NCBI GenBank assembly: GCA_951406725.2
Contig: OX597832.1
Span: 33,046,001-33,110,000, forward strand
From: Octopus vulgaris
Lineage: Eukaryota
DNA: 64,000 bases
Direction: 5' to 3'
The position numbers and the translations under genes were made by a program. This document shows positions 14,583 to 28,824 of this stretch, piece after piece. Numbering within the stretch: position 1 is the first letter of the stretch; every line of letters begins with the position of its first letter. The notes beneath the pieces are model-generated. The model made no database searches. It worked only from the letters and a program-made list of their open reading frames with translations, and was not told the DNA's origin.

Positions 14583-15034
14583 ACCTTACTCACACATTTC
14601 AATACGCACAACAATCATGTCACAATACTTTGCAGTCATAAATTAATTTATTTGTAGACTTGATCATCTTCTTTCAAAAATGATATTATGTTGACAGTTT
14701 TTCAATTTGTTATTATGTCTCATCGATGGACATACTACTCGATACGGTAGCAAAACATGCACATTGTTTATTGTAGGCGTTGAACTGGCAGAATCGGTAG
14801 AGCGTCCAATCAGATGCTTGGACAATCAAAACCTCGACATTCAACTACGTGGTTCTCAGTTCGATGCAGCTGTAAATATTTGCTATTTTTTTCCGGAGAT
14901 CGACAACCATGAAATAACTGCGATTTGATTGATAGGCAAAGTAGATAAAGCAACTGGACTTATCATTTTTTAAAGTGGCAAACGCAATTGCCTCACATTT
15001 CTAACAAAACCATCAGGTAAATGGATGCCCTTCC

Positions 15035-15243
15035 CTTTCTCTAGACCCTTTTCTAGTCTTTTTGAGTCCTCTTTCTGTAGACTCTATAGTTTCTCTCTCT
15101 GGTCTCTTTGTCCAGCCACCTTCTGTAGTCTCTTTCTGTGGCCTCTTTCTCTAGCCTCTTTCTCTGTCGCCGCTTTCTGTAGCCTCTTTCTCTAGTATCT
15201 TTTTTTGTGACCTCTTTCTGTGGCTTCTTTCTCTAGACTCTTT
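15035..15243. repeat. Degenerate ~13-bp minisatellite (consensus cctctttctgtag)
   Basis: Repeated units such as cctctttctgtag, tctctttctgtgg and cctctttctctag. Confidence 0.8.
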
Positions 15244-16299
15244 CAAAAGCAATTTGAAAGGAATACGGGGCTTTGTTTCCTATCCCGCTTCACCTCAGAT
15301 GAAAGTAGCTATTATGTTTTCATATCAGATGAGCTTACGACCAACAAAATTGATTTCTTCGCTGTTCACATGGAGAAGAAATTATTTCTTGTTAGTATCG
15401 ACTCAACGTTAGCCATAATGGAGCAGACAGGTTAAACTCTAACCCAGTTATGGTCATCATGCATTTTGTTGTATATCATTCTCTTCGCTGGTTATTTATT
15501 CCTCATTTTATAATACAGTGCAGTAAGATTAAAATGCACTTTTGTTATTTTTGAGTGCAGTTCAAGGAATTTATTGACTATTTTTCAATAAGTCAAAGGA
15601 GGACAAGAATTGGAGAGAATCTACTTTTGCAAAACAACAACAACAAAAGAAAATACTAGAAAAATAGGGCCCACGGCTACTTCATGCCAAAACATTTATA
15701 TATCTACATGGAAAGTAGAGGCAGATATCTTCTTGAAACAATTTGATCCCGTAATATTCTACATCACGGATGACAAAGCTCAAAATGTGTTGCGATATCG
15801 AACTCGCTCAGAGAAGAATGGCCATTGCAAACTTTATTATACAGGCGGTACTCCAGCATGGCCGCAGACTCTAGATTGAAAAATACTGGATTAAAAAGAA
15901 TAGATATCATTGAGCAGAGAGAAAAGGAGAGACAAAGGGACAGAGATGAAAAGTGAGGGAAGACGTGATTTAACTTAGAATCGAACTCGTTTGTTTAGGA
16001 ATTGTTTGATTGTGTCAATGTGTTAGTCACGTGGCAGCATGCTTTTATTATTGTATAGGTCTGCAGTTCACCGTTCACAGAAAAACATGCGCACAACACA
16101 AATTTATACATACACTTAAGCATACAGACACGAACACATACATACATATACGTGGGAGCATGTGTGTGTATGTATATACTAATAATCTATGTATACAGCT
16201 ACGCACACAATTACACACACACGCACACATATGTTCATATGATCATATTCCAATTAAATTCATAGGAGCTAGCCTTTCTTTTCCTACTATCCATTCAGA

Positions 16300-16368
16300 G
16301 AAGAAGAAGAAGAAGAAGAAGAAGAAGAAGAAGAAGAAGAAGAAGAAGAAGAAGAAGAAGAAGAAGAA
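16300..16368. repeat. (AAG)n microsatellite
   Basis: Directly visible. Confidence 0.95.
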
Positions 16369-17151
16369 GAGAAGAGATAATGAAGAAGATCAACAACAAC
16401 AACTAAACAACAACAGGTAAAAGAAGAAACATGGCAGGTTGTATGAAATTCGCTCAACCATTTTCTAACGGAATGAAATATTATAAAACGTGACTTGCTA
16501 AGTTAAAATTAAATACGTATTATGAGATTAAATATTAATATCACGTTGGAAGATGTTAAGCTTCTGGCGACGACGAAAGAAGAAGGCGAAGGAATACGTC
16601 TAATTCAGGATCATTAATGATGTCGAAGCAGCACTTGTAGGAAATATTTCATTGGTTTCTATGTGACAGTTCATGCAGCTAAAAGTAAGCAAAAACTTGA
16701 ACATTTTTTTAAAGAATAAAATAACTATAAATTTCTTCCTATTTCGTCAAGTATTTCGATGTTTTGAAAAAATACAAGGAAAAAGAAATTGTAAAATTTA
16801 CGATGAAATAGTTTTGCTGTAAATCTAGAAAAATGTGCAGAATATCAAGAAATGTCAATGAAAGTTATAGATTGTGTATTTTTCGAAGTTACCTGCTCCA
16901 GCATTGCGACCACACGTTTCTTTCTAATCATACTAACAGACAAAACACACATAGACATGTGCTCTTGAATAAGCGCTTACAGAGACATACAGACATACAC
17001 AGAGACACACACCTATACTGATACAGCAAGGAGCAGAGCATTCTAGCTTGAGCACTCAATACGAAGAACCGAGTTCTCTATCAGAGAATGTTTAAACTTT
17101 ATAAAATGTTAGAACTATACAAAGTATATTTTTCATATAGAACAATATATA

Positions 17152-17197
<46 letters not shown>

Positions 17198-17556
17198 CGT
17201 GCATGTTTGCGACTGTGTGTATGTGTATGTGTGTGCGTGCACGTGCATGCGTGTGTCGCTGGGATCTCTTGTCGTAAACATCTGATCAGTGTCCCGCGGA
17301 TTCATCCCGGACAAACTGCACAGGGGTTATTTTGTTTCGTAGTGAGATATATTCATATCTGCACTATGAATCAATTCATTCTCTCTGTAAAATCGACATT
17401 AATTGAACAGGTACACAGTCTGCAATATGCAAGATGGTGACATATTCGCAAAGCAACATCAGAGGAAAGTATTTTTTCTTAGAAACACAATGGATTTCTC
17501 ATACCCGGATTCAATATCACGATCGTCACTACAGTTTCAATCGGAATGTATATATA

Positions 17557-17627
<71 letters not shown>

Positions 17628-17701
17628 GTACATATATATAGACACAGAGGGAGAGAGAAGGAAAGAAAGACACAAAGAAAGAAAGAGGCAGATGCGTACA
17701 G

Positions 17702-17755
<54 letters not shown>

Positions 17756-17762
17756 GTATTAC

Positions 17763-17845
17763 TGTTGTGTCTAGGGAGAGTCATTTTCTTTTTGTGCCTT
17801 ATAATGTAACACACTCACCGGTAAAATTTCCACTTATTTCTTATT
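17763..17845 (+). repeat. Short dispersed repeat abutting (TA)n; second copy inverted at 51655-51737
   Basis: ggagagtcattttctttttgtgccttataatgtaacacactcaccggtaaaatttccact matches the reverse complement of 51665-51725. Confidence 0.75.
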
Positions 17846-17904
17846 TTTATTTTTCCTAATAATAGTCTCGAGAGTGAAGACTATATATATGTAAATGTCG
17901 AACG

Positions 17905-18012
17905 ATGGAAATAAGTACCAGTTACGCACTGGGGTCGATATGATAGACTTAATCCGTTTGTCCATCCTTGTTTGTCCCTTCCCTGTTTAGGCCCTTGTAT
18001 GAAATAAAGAAA
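17905..18012 (+). mobile_element. SINE family A, 3' part
   Basis: aagtaccagttacgcactggggtcgatat...cttaatccgtttgtccatccttgtttgtcc matches 58790-58895 and 62770-62876. Confidence 0.8.
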
Positions 18013-18576
18013 TATATTTCTTATGTGTGTGGAGAATGTATATGTATACATATGTAAGCATGTACATATTTGTGTATATATATGTCGCAGGTGTTTTATA
18101 TCTTTACTACTAATTATATTTTCAATCGGATATAGTTTCATATGGCACTCCATTGATGGTTTCTACTGTAAACGAAGAAAAGTAACCTTATTAACGACTG
18201 AACGGCTGTAAGCAATTCAACGCTTCTTAGAAATACTTCATTAAACTAAAACTGTCACAGCTTACAACATTATACTGAAACAAAAAAGAAAAAAAAAGTC
18301 TTCTATCCTCTTCTTCGCAGCTAATGACTTGAATTTCTTTTGTGTGAGTTTTATTCAGTCGTGAAATATATCCGTTATAATCCGATTAATTGCTAGCTAT
18401 TTAGAATCCTTTAGCTAATTATGTGGGTATCATCAATGTCTTCATACAGTGAATACAACTGCCATATTTACATGATTTTCAACGACATATAATGAGATGA
18501 CATTAAAAGTAAATTCGAGAGGATTGAAGAATTTGTGCAAAAGTAAATAAACAACAACAATAATAATAATAATAAT

Positions 18577-18756
18577 GAAGTACATGGAACAAAAAGGGGC
18601 TGCAATGAGGGTGGAGCACTTGCAGAAAACAGCACTGCTTGGAACCGCTCGAATACTCCGGAAGGTGCTCGAAAAATAAGAGGTGTTACCTTAGTTCACT
18701 GGTAGTGAACAGCTGACACCGTAGTACATCTTCAGCGTTAGAAGCTGTGCAAAGGC
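18577..18756 (+). mobile_element. 5'-truncated R4/Dong-type LINE 3' end between (AAT)n tracts
   Basis: KYMEQKGAAMRVEHLQKTALLGTARILRKVLEK* (stop at 18677-18679), then a short 3' UTR and (AAT)n. Confidence 0.85.
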
Positions 18757-18815
<59 letters not shown>

Positions 18816-18825
18816 CAACAACAAC

Positions 18826-18893
<68 letters not shown>

Positions 18894-19627
18894 GTGCAGT
18901 CTTCTAGCGCCTACAGAGTATCTCAACAGGCACGATAGAGCTGCACAATATATTCACTGGGTAATCTGTAAAAACCTGGATTTGCCCCATGAAAAAAACT
19001 GGTGGGAACACAAACCACCCCAGTGCTTGAAAATGACCACATCTCACTCCTCTGAACTTCACCATTCAAACTGACAGGAAGATAGATGCAAATAGGCCAG
19101 ACATCATATTGAAAACTTCAAACAAAGAACATGCCTCCTCATTGATATGAATCCCAATCGATATAAACGTATCTGTCAAGACCTACCAAAAACTGAGCAA
19201 ATATAAAGATCTTGAAATAGAAATCAGCAAAATGTGGAAGCTGAAGACTAAAACAATACCTGTTGTCATAGGTGCCCTGGGAATGATAGCAAAAGGGGCT
19301 GATAGCTACCTAACTCAGATACCAGGAAACCCAAAAATGGCAGAAGTTCAAAAGATAGTGCTCATGGAACTGCTCATATCCTACGCAAAATACTCTCTAT
19401 GTAATCTCAAGGTTTAAAACAAACATAATTTTCGGTTTAAAAAAAAAACAAAAAAAAAAACCTTTTTTTTTTTTATTTTTAGACATTCATTAGTACAACA
19501 TCCCCACCCCAAATATATGGCACATAGGCATAACAACAACATGAACTTCCAACCCTGTTGTCTCTTGAGGTCTCTGGGTGAGACTTGGAGCCAACTTGTA
19601 CAAATATAAAGCAAAAGTCAAACATAG
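18894..19627 (+). mobile_element. 5'-truncated R4/Dong-type LINE: RLE endonuclease domain plus 3' UTR, flanked by (AAT)n
   Basis: CSLLAPTEYLNRHDRAAQYIHW...IQTDRKIDANRPDIILK...CLLIDM...KLSKYKDLEIEISKMWKLKTKTIPVVIGALG...TAHILRKILSM*. RHD, PD..D and KxxKY motifs are present, with several 1-nt frameshifts. Confidence 0.92.
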
Positions 19628-19705
19628 AATAATAATAATAATAATAACAACAATAATAATAATAATAATAATAACAACAATAATAATAATAATAATAATA
19701 ACAAC

Positions 19706-19773
<68 letters not shown>

Positions 19774-19774
<1 letters not shown>

Positions 19775-20785
19775 CTACTTAAACTGGAGGCAGAAACACC
19801 TTGAAGTATGAGTTTACATAGGCAGTAACAAACTTGCCAACGTCAGAAGAAATATTATGAAAAAGATATTACTAACTGAATTAGAGGTTAATCAAATTAA
19901 ACAAGCAGTGAGGGATAAAAAGAACGAATCTGCAGATAAAGAAGATACTCCAGAGGAAATAATAATAGACCAGCCCAGGGTTGATGAAACGCAGTAAAGA
20001 TTGAAAGAGCTAATATAACTTATAGGCACAGGGAAATACTCTCTGAACCAACCATAAACACTACGGAAGATGAAAATCAAATAGATGAAGAAAGTCACAT
20101 AGAAATTGAACCATCAGAATTACATGATCTAAAACATCAAATCAAGGCTGAAAATTAAAGAAACCAGTAGGAATGAACGCATCACTCACCCAAAAATTCG
20201 CAATTCTAACCAAAACTCGAAAACAATTGGTAAAATCCGCCTTGCATTTAGGATATAATTACAGCTAATGACGTTGATATTACAGATCGCAACCACTTCT
20301 ACTATGCATTAGCGAAAATCTCAACGATTTTATGTGCTGAAAAGATTAGAAAACGACAACTTTCGCACAAAATCCTTGTTGGCAAGAGCGTGTTCAACAC
20401 AAAATTCAGGTACTTAGGTCTGACATAGAAGTTTAAAAAGACCTTAAGTTTGACAAGACTATCAAACATATGACAACACGAAAATTAAAGAAAAAATATA
20501 TGAAAACCATAATTGACATTGATACCACCATTGAAACCATCAAGCAAAAGGTAGGTGCTAAAGATGCCCCCATAGGAAGGTATGAAAAGCTCGTTAGATT
20601 CTTCAAGTACAACAGCATGTTCGAAAATAACCCCCAAAATATTTACAGGAAGATAGGGAAAATTCTAGTTACAGTAAAGTCTGTCCCATGAAAAGAAGAA
20701 GTGCAGGAATTTTGGAATAAAATTTGGGGAGAAGAAAAAACACAATGAAAAGGCCCCTTGGGTTGATGGAATATCTACAGGCTTA
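19774..20785 (+). pseudogene. N-terminal (pre-RT) part of an R4/Dong-type LINE ORF, decayed
   Basis: NKLANVRRNIMKK..LTELEVNQIK...WQERVQHKIQVLRSDI...IETIKQKV..K...IGRYEK...NSMFENNPQNIYR...EVQEFWNKIWGEEK.HNEKAPWV is typical of this clade's pre-RT region. Confidence 0.75.
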
Positions 20786-21299
20786 GATGGAGGTGATGGT
20801 GTTGGTAGTGGCAATGGTGGAGGTGGCGGTGCCGAGTGCATAATGAAACGCGTATTTTGTTTTTAATCGAAGTAAGTTTTTTTTATATCACCTATCACTT
20901 GACGCAGGAGCATAATTGCAATTCCGTGAAATGCGCTTATTTACACGGCAGATATATGCAATTTAACTAAAGCTTGTATCATATGTATAGGATATATTTT
21001 TTTCTTTTTGTTTGTGGGGGAAATGTAAAAATACGAGTGACTATTCATTTAATGAGTGCCGTGTATGAAGTCCGTAATAGTGTGCATATAGTATATAAAT
21101 TGTATTTACAAAGTGCATCAAGTAATCATCGTATTCCAATTTCTTTTACTTTTCATCGACTACCAGAGGAGCGACTATCTTTCCAAACAGACACAAAGCA
21201 GATTACGCTTTCAGTTTTTGAATGAAGTTTTCAGAAGAAGATAAGAGCTATGGATAAAGTTTTCAGAGAGGCAAGTTTTCAGAGCATAAACCGCAGAAG

Positions 21300-21786
21300 G
21301 TGGCGCAGTCGGAGACTAGAAAAATCGTGTGGGATTTTTCTAATCCAAACATATCGGGTGCTAGAGCAAAACAGACCGGACATAGAGGTGGTCGACAGGG
21401 TACACCTCATATGCTATATAGCTGAAGTTCTATGATCCTTTGACCCGGGAATGGCCAAGAAGGAAGACGAAAAAATAGATTAATAGAACTGTCTTTAGTA
21501 CTAAATAACCCGGCTATGGAAAAAGTAGACAGTGAAGATAGTGCCAACTATTGCAGGTCCTTGGGCACAGTAATGAGAAGGTATCAAGAGGAATATAAAG
21601 TAAATTGAGGGCCCAGTAGAAGAACTGTTAGAAAAGTTTTGCCTCCTTGACACGGCCAGGATAATCAGGAAAGTATTGGATAGCTTGAAAAGAACGAATA
21701 ACATGGCACCGTAGGCTGCTGGTAGTAAACCCGCCGCTACCCAGGCAAGGCTCCAGAAGCTCCCAAAAAACCTGCGATAAAGAGAA
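21300..21786 (+). pseudogene. Older R4/Dong-type RLE 3' end followed by (AAT)n
   Basis: KIVWDF.IQTYRVLEQNRPDIEVVD...KEDEKID...LWKK.TVKIVP...LGTV...CLLDTARIIRKVLDS. Confidence 0.85.
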
Positions 21787-21867
<81 letters not shown>

Positions 21868-21894
21868 TATAATAATAATAATAATAATAATAAT

Positions 21895-21934
<40 letters not shown>

Positions 21935-22848
21935 TCCGTGGCAAGTAAAGAAGTTCATGGACGTGCATCAACGAGCTCCTTCCAAGGAAAGAGGAAATCT
22001 AAGATAATCGCCAAAGAGCATTTAATAAGCCCAAAAAAATTTTAATAAAAATTATATTTTAATGTGTCATTTTTGGACCTCGAAAAGTTACTGTGAAATG
22101 AAGTAAATTTACTGTCAGACATATAATGACAGCAAGACATGTGATAACATTGTAAAAAGCACGTGGAGCTGCGATCCCATTATACGCCTATTGGCTTATC
22201 CAGAGTGATAGCTAAAGTGTTTTTCTTAGAGTCGTTATCCAGCTTTGAAGAAGCGGATTATAGATCTGCTGTGACCAAGTTATTTGTGTGTGTCTGTGTG
22301 TGAGTATGCATGTGCGCGCGTCTCTTGTATGAATTTCAACAAAGAGTTAGGCCCTCAATAATCTATGCGTCTAAGATATCATAGATGCTATTAATAAGAA
22401 ATTAAAAAAAAAACTCCTGTGGAATCCATGTGTGCAGTGTCCCCTGGCAGGGGTATGAAATTTATTTCCACATTCTCTAACCTGGTTATATAATCAATAC
22501 TGGAATTTGCGCTTTGTCGGATACGAGATTCACTTCCCGTTTTACACAGAATGCTTAATATCAGAGGAAAAGGCGACCTATTTTGGAACCCAAAACACAG
22601 ACACGCGGTTTTCCCCAAAAGATCGAAAGTAAATTTACAAAACATCACGCTATCGCAGACCATTCGATTCCCGTTTCCGAACATTACGCTTCTTGCATTC
22701 GTATTATATTCCACTTATTCACGATCGCTTTCTTCTTCGCTTTATCTTTTCCTTTTGTTTTTTGTAATAGTTTTTATATTGTTTTCATTTACTCTATCGA
22801 TTATGCCTGGTATTTAGATATCATTTTCAAATTCCTTTGAATTTATGC

Positions 22849-22906
<58 letters not shown>

Positions 22907-23072
22907 GTATGTATGTATGCATGAATATATATACATAATATATATATATATATATACATATATATATACATATATACATATATATGCATACACACATATA
23001 TATATATATATATATGTGTGTGTGTATGTATATATATGCATGTATGTATGTATGTATGAATATATATACATA

Positions 23073-23103
<31 letters not shown>

Positions 23104-23828
23104 CGCGCGTGTGTGTGTGTGTGTGTGTGTGTGCGTATCAATACAAAGATAGATAGAGAGAGAGCGAGAGAGAGGTTTGGATAGACAGATAGATAAGGAG
23201 ATATAGATAAATAGGGATAGATAAATAAAGATATAAAGATATATAAGCAATTTTTTTCTCTATTATTTCCTTGTTCATCATCTCTTTAATCATCGACGGC
23301 AATAGTTTCTTTCTTCCCTTTTTTTTTCTTTCCTCTTTGGCAACACTTCAACACTTATGCTCTTTAACTGGTCAGTATGGTGAATCTAGATTGCTTTCAG
23401 TTACACAACTAAATTTTCTTACTAAACTCTTAGATTAACGCAAGTACGCTTACACACACACACGAACGCACTCGCACACATACACACATGTGTAAATACA
23501 CATACAAATCATCATATACTTGTATATATGCATGTGGGTATGTATATGTATATATATATTTATATAGAGATACATATATATATATATATGTATATAATAT
23601 ATACATATATATACATACATATATATTTATACTCACACACTCACACATACATTCTTACACACGCAAATACACATACACACACATAATTATATGTATGCCT
23701 ATCTGTATACATTACAGAGCTTGTGTGTATATTATTGAGTACAGAATTACACACATTTACATGGGAAAATATGCGCATATTCACACACAAGCATAACGTA
23801 TATATATATGTGTATATATATATATGTA

Positions 23829-23870
<42 letters not shown>

Positions 23871-24152
23871 TATATAGATGTAAGTGTTTGTTAATATGTC
23901 AATGTTGCCTTGTGTACACGTGTGTATGCATGTGTGCGAATTTCAACGTGTGTTTATTTGTGTAAACATATGCGTGTGTGTATGTATGTGTCTTGTTTAC
24001 ACATACCTACATGCCCAGCAATATATAGGCTATAAGATTTGTCAGATATACTTTCCATCCTGGCAACAGTATATAATGACGATTTGTATGTTGAATGAAG
24101 AATTGGTGTGCGATATCATTTAGTAGAAAACCAAGACAAAACCGAATGAAAA

Positions 24153-24643
24153 AGAGACTTTGGTTCAAACACTATACAGTAGACAGACGTAGGACTTTTG
24201 ACATAGCGCAAGAATCGCCTGTTGAAGGTCACCAGACAGACTATAGAAATTTCTCTTTTGATGTCGCGTATAGTATTTCGTCCTGCTCGCAGACGAGACA
24301 TAAAACAGATGAATTGATCATCCGGGTATATTTTTTAAAATTTTGTTGATTTTTTTTTATACTTATTTGATGTTATTCGAGTCCGAAGAGACTTCAGAGA
24401 AATTATTATTTTTTTTTGTTTGTCAATTTCTTTCATTTGTTTATTGCTCGGACAGAGAGTTAATGCTATGAGCATTATCTATTTAAATACTTATCGATCT
24501 ATGATGATGGATTGATACCTCCATAAGTCCTACTAATAGCATTTCACATCATACGGACAGCTGGATATTTTTCTCGACAACGTCACCACTGGGAAAGCCA
24601 GTGTGTTTGAATGTGTGACCAGATGCAAACGTTCACATTTATA

Positions 24644-24731
<88 letters not shown>

Positions 24732-25342
24732 CATGTATTATATGTATAAATATATATATATATATATATACATATACATGTATTATATGTATAAATATAA
24801 TATATATATATATATATATAGAACAAAGAAGTTGAAATTGTACTGGGAGTCTTTACATGGTCTATTTTTAAATGTATTCGGTTTCACAGAATTTTATGAT
24901 ATTCAAACGTTAAATGACGTAGAAAGATGAGGGGCTCCGTCGTAACTATTTTGCTTCCGACTGGAGTTCGAGGAGGAAATATTCTCAAATTAGTATCTGT
25001 TTAGGATACAAATTTATGATCATGTGAAAAGGCACAGAAATCTTTGTAAGTTCACCACTACGTCCGTGCTATATATATATATATGGTGGTGCAATTTACG
25101 GTTGACACGCTTAACTATCTCGGAGTGGTCCAAGAACAATCAAGGTTGTCAAATGGTAGAGGGGACGGGGTTTTTTGTAGCTATTGTAGTGGCAGAATGG
25201 ATATATTTTCTTTGTTAGCATAAGAGATTATTTTCCACAAAATTCGTGTATTACTGTCATAAATGTAAAAGGCATGATTGTGCCCAAAGTTTAGATCGAA
25301 CTAAGTGCGAAATATAATGTCAGAAAGCCTGAAACATTATAA

Positions 25343-25400
<58 letters not shown>

Positions 25401-26027
25401 GTGCACGCGTGGGTGTATAATATCAAAAAATGTCGAGCGTAATGGAGTTTATAATGAAACACGTAGAGGTGTGTACATTTTAATTATAAATGCATAGAGA
25501 GAAACATATATATATTCATATACATATGCATATATAGAGACTTTGGTTCAAACACTATACAGTAGACAGACGTAGGACTTTTGACATAGCGCAAGAATCG
25601 CCTGTTGAAGGTCACCAGACAGACTATAGAAATTTCTCTTTTGATGTCGCGTATAGTATTTCGTCCTGCTCGCAGACGAGACATAAAACAGATGAATTGA
25701 TCATCCGGGTATATTTTTTAAAATTTTGTTGATTTTTTTTTTATACTTATTTGATGTTATTCGAGTCCGAAGAGACTTCAGAGAAATTATTATTTTTTTT
25801 TGTTTGTCAATTTCTTTCATTTGTTTATTGCTCGGACAGAGAGTTAATGCTATGAGCATTATCTATTTAAATACTTATCGATCTATGATGATGGATTGAT
25901 ACCTCCATAAGTCCTACTAATAGCATTTCACATCATACGGACAGCTGGATATTTTTCTCGACAACGTCACCACTGGGAAAGCCAGTGTGTTTGAATGTGT
26001 GACCAGATGCAAACGTTCACATTTATA

Positions 26028-26116
<89 letters not shown>

Positions 26117-26718
26117 GTATTATATGTATAAATATATATATATATATATATACATATACATGTATTATATGTATAAGTATATATATATATATATATATAT
26201 ATAGAACAAAGAAGTTGAAATTGTACTGGGAGTCTTTACATGGTCTATTTTTAAATGTCTTCGGTTTCACAGAATTTTATGATATTCAAACGTTAAATGA
26301 CGTAGAAAGATGAGGGGCTCCGTCGTAACTATTTTGCTTCCGACTGGAGTTCGAGGAGGAAATATTCTCAAATTAGTATCTGTTTAGGATACAAATTTAT
26401 GATCATGTGAAAAGGCACAGAAATCTTTGTAAGTTCACCACTACGTCCGTGCTTTTTTTTGGTGGTGCAATTTACGGTTGACACGCTTAACTATCTCGGA
26501 GTGGTCCAAGAACAATCAAGGTTGTCAAATGGTAGAGGGGACGGGGTTTTTTGTAGCTATTGTAGTGGCAGAATGGATATATTTTCTTTGTTAGCATAAG
26601 AGATTATTTTCCACAAAATTCGTGTATTACTGTCATAAATGTAAAAGGCATGATTGTGCCCAAAGTTTAGATCGAACTAAGTGCGAAATATAATGTCAGA
26701 AAGCCTGAAACATTATAA

Positions 26719-26778
<60 letters not shown>

Positions 26779-26913
26779 GTGCACGCGTGGGTGTATAATA
26801 TCAAAAAATGTCGAGCGTAATGGAGTTTATAATGAAACACGTAGAGGTGTGTACATTTTAATTATAAATGCATAGAGAGAAACATATATATATTCATATA
26901 CATATGCATATAT
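24153..26913. repeat. Head-to-tail tandem duplication of ~1.38 kb (24153-25535 and 25536-26913)
   Basis: Both copies start agagactttggttcaaacactatacagt and end catatacatatgcatatat. They are nearly identical outside the microsatellites. Confidence 0.97.
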
Positions 26914-26923
26914 ATATATACGA

Positions 26924-26957
<34 letters not shown>

Positions 26958-28000
26958 CTACATATATATGAATATATGTATGCGTGTATGTGTATATATG
27001 TATACCTATATCTACATGTATCTCTCTTTATATATATATACATATGTGCGCTCGTGCACACACACCCCCCACACACACGCCCACCCACACACACACACAC
27101 TTATATATATATATGCATATATATGTATGTATGTATGTACGTATACCATCTAAAGTGTAGACGCTCTGCTATTGTTTCTTTGTCGTCGGTTACCAATTCC
27201 TCGACGTTTTTATTAATGTAGTTAAAACACAAGAAAACATTGGAAAGACACTTAATGTAGCTGAAAATTAAATACAAAATTGAAGAGTACATAAATGTCA
27301 AATCAGTCTTCGAGGTTAACATAAAGAGCTTGATTGTCTACAAGACACTAAAACCACAGAGAATATATTCCGATATCTACCGTTCTAAAACAAAGAATGT
27401 TATTGAAAGCCTCTCGTTGTAATAAATTTGACAACAATGGCAACATTGCACAAAAGAATTACAACACAGTCTGTGTATCTATTATGAATATAACTGACAA
27501 GATATATATCATGAATGCGATATGTACACTTTATCAGGACAAGCACATATATAATGCATACATACATATATACCTACATACATGCACTGACCAACACACA
27601 CAAACACACATATGTATACATATATGTTCATGCATGTATCTATATAATACCCGTGTTATAAATCGTTGTGGCGTTTCAGGATATTACTGCTGTACAACAC
27701 GCATACATACTGTCTTACGGCAACATATTTTTACAATAAATATCAGATGAACATATGGCTCTGTCCGCAAAAAACTCTCTCGCCTGCGATTAAACGTATA
27801 ACTATCTCGCCATATCAGAATAATATTCCCGTCTCATCACTGCATATGTACATGCTTATGTATATATATATATATATATGTATACATTGAGAGAGAAATA
27901 GATATTGATAATTAAATGTACATATATCTATCTATATATCTATATATATATACATATACATATATGCATACGTATATGTACATACGTATATGTACATACG

Positions 28001-28111
<111 letters not shown>

Positions 28112-28331
28112 ACGTATAAAAATATATGCATATATGGGTACAGGACGTGATGAAACGTGTACAACAAAACAATAGGAAACACGAGTACATGGAATATGAA
28201 CTATTGTATTGAAAAACGAAAAACACAAATGGAAAAGAAGACAAACAACATAAAAAACGAGCCTTGATCAATTGTTGGGTGTTTTTATACTCTTGTATTT
28301 CGAGCATTGAACAAAAATATGCATATATATG

Positions 28332-28403
<72 letters not shown>

Positions 28404-28457
28404 CATACATACTTATATATATATATATATATGTATGTATATATCTACATCTATCTA

Positions 28458-28508
<51 letters not shown>

Positions 28509-28512
<4 letters not shown>

Positions 28513-28810
28513 GAAAAACCATTATTGTGCAATTCAAACAATGATAGACGTAAATCATACCATATAGAAAAAATAAAATATATGATAAAACATTTACCTT
28601 GATCACAATAAATTACATAATAGTAAAAAGTATATAATTAATAAATAGACTACGTACGTTTCGTAGCTATATATTCAATTCGAATTAATATTAAATCTAA
28701 ATTTAATCGATCCCAAAACAATTCAATTTAAACGTATAGTCACTCATCAGTCAACAATAAGAACAATAATAATTAAATACAAATTTTTAATAAATAATCA
28801 AACAATTAAA
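28509..28810 (-). mobile_element. Solo PLE pLTR-like element abutting (TA)n, with hammerhead motif
   Basis: Unique AT-rich island directly after the (TA)n at 28462-28508; contains the motif at 28644-28757. Confidence 0.55.
28644..28757 (-). ncRNA. Minimal type-I hammerhead ribozyme motif with extended stem II
   Basis: Minus strand: CTGATGA(28750-28744)-gtgactata...tatagctac-GAAA(28662-28659)-cgtac-GTA-gtct. The core is intact, stem III is palindromic (ACGTACGT), and stem I is weak or out of register. Confidence 0.6.
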
Positions 28811-28824
28811 CACTATTTCTGTAA

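Noticed and set aside
15035-15243. Regularly repeated units considered as a CRISPR-like array
   Set aside because: The units are contiguous ~13-mers with no unique spacers, in eukaryotic DNA; it is a minisatellite.
25246-25317. VYYCHKCKRHDCAQ...KCEI, resembling a piggyBac Cys-rich tail
   Set aside because: Too short, and no transposase core or TTAA-bounded TIRs were found.
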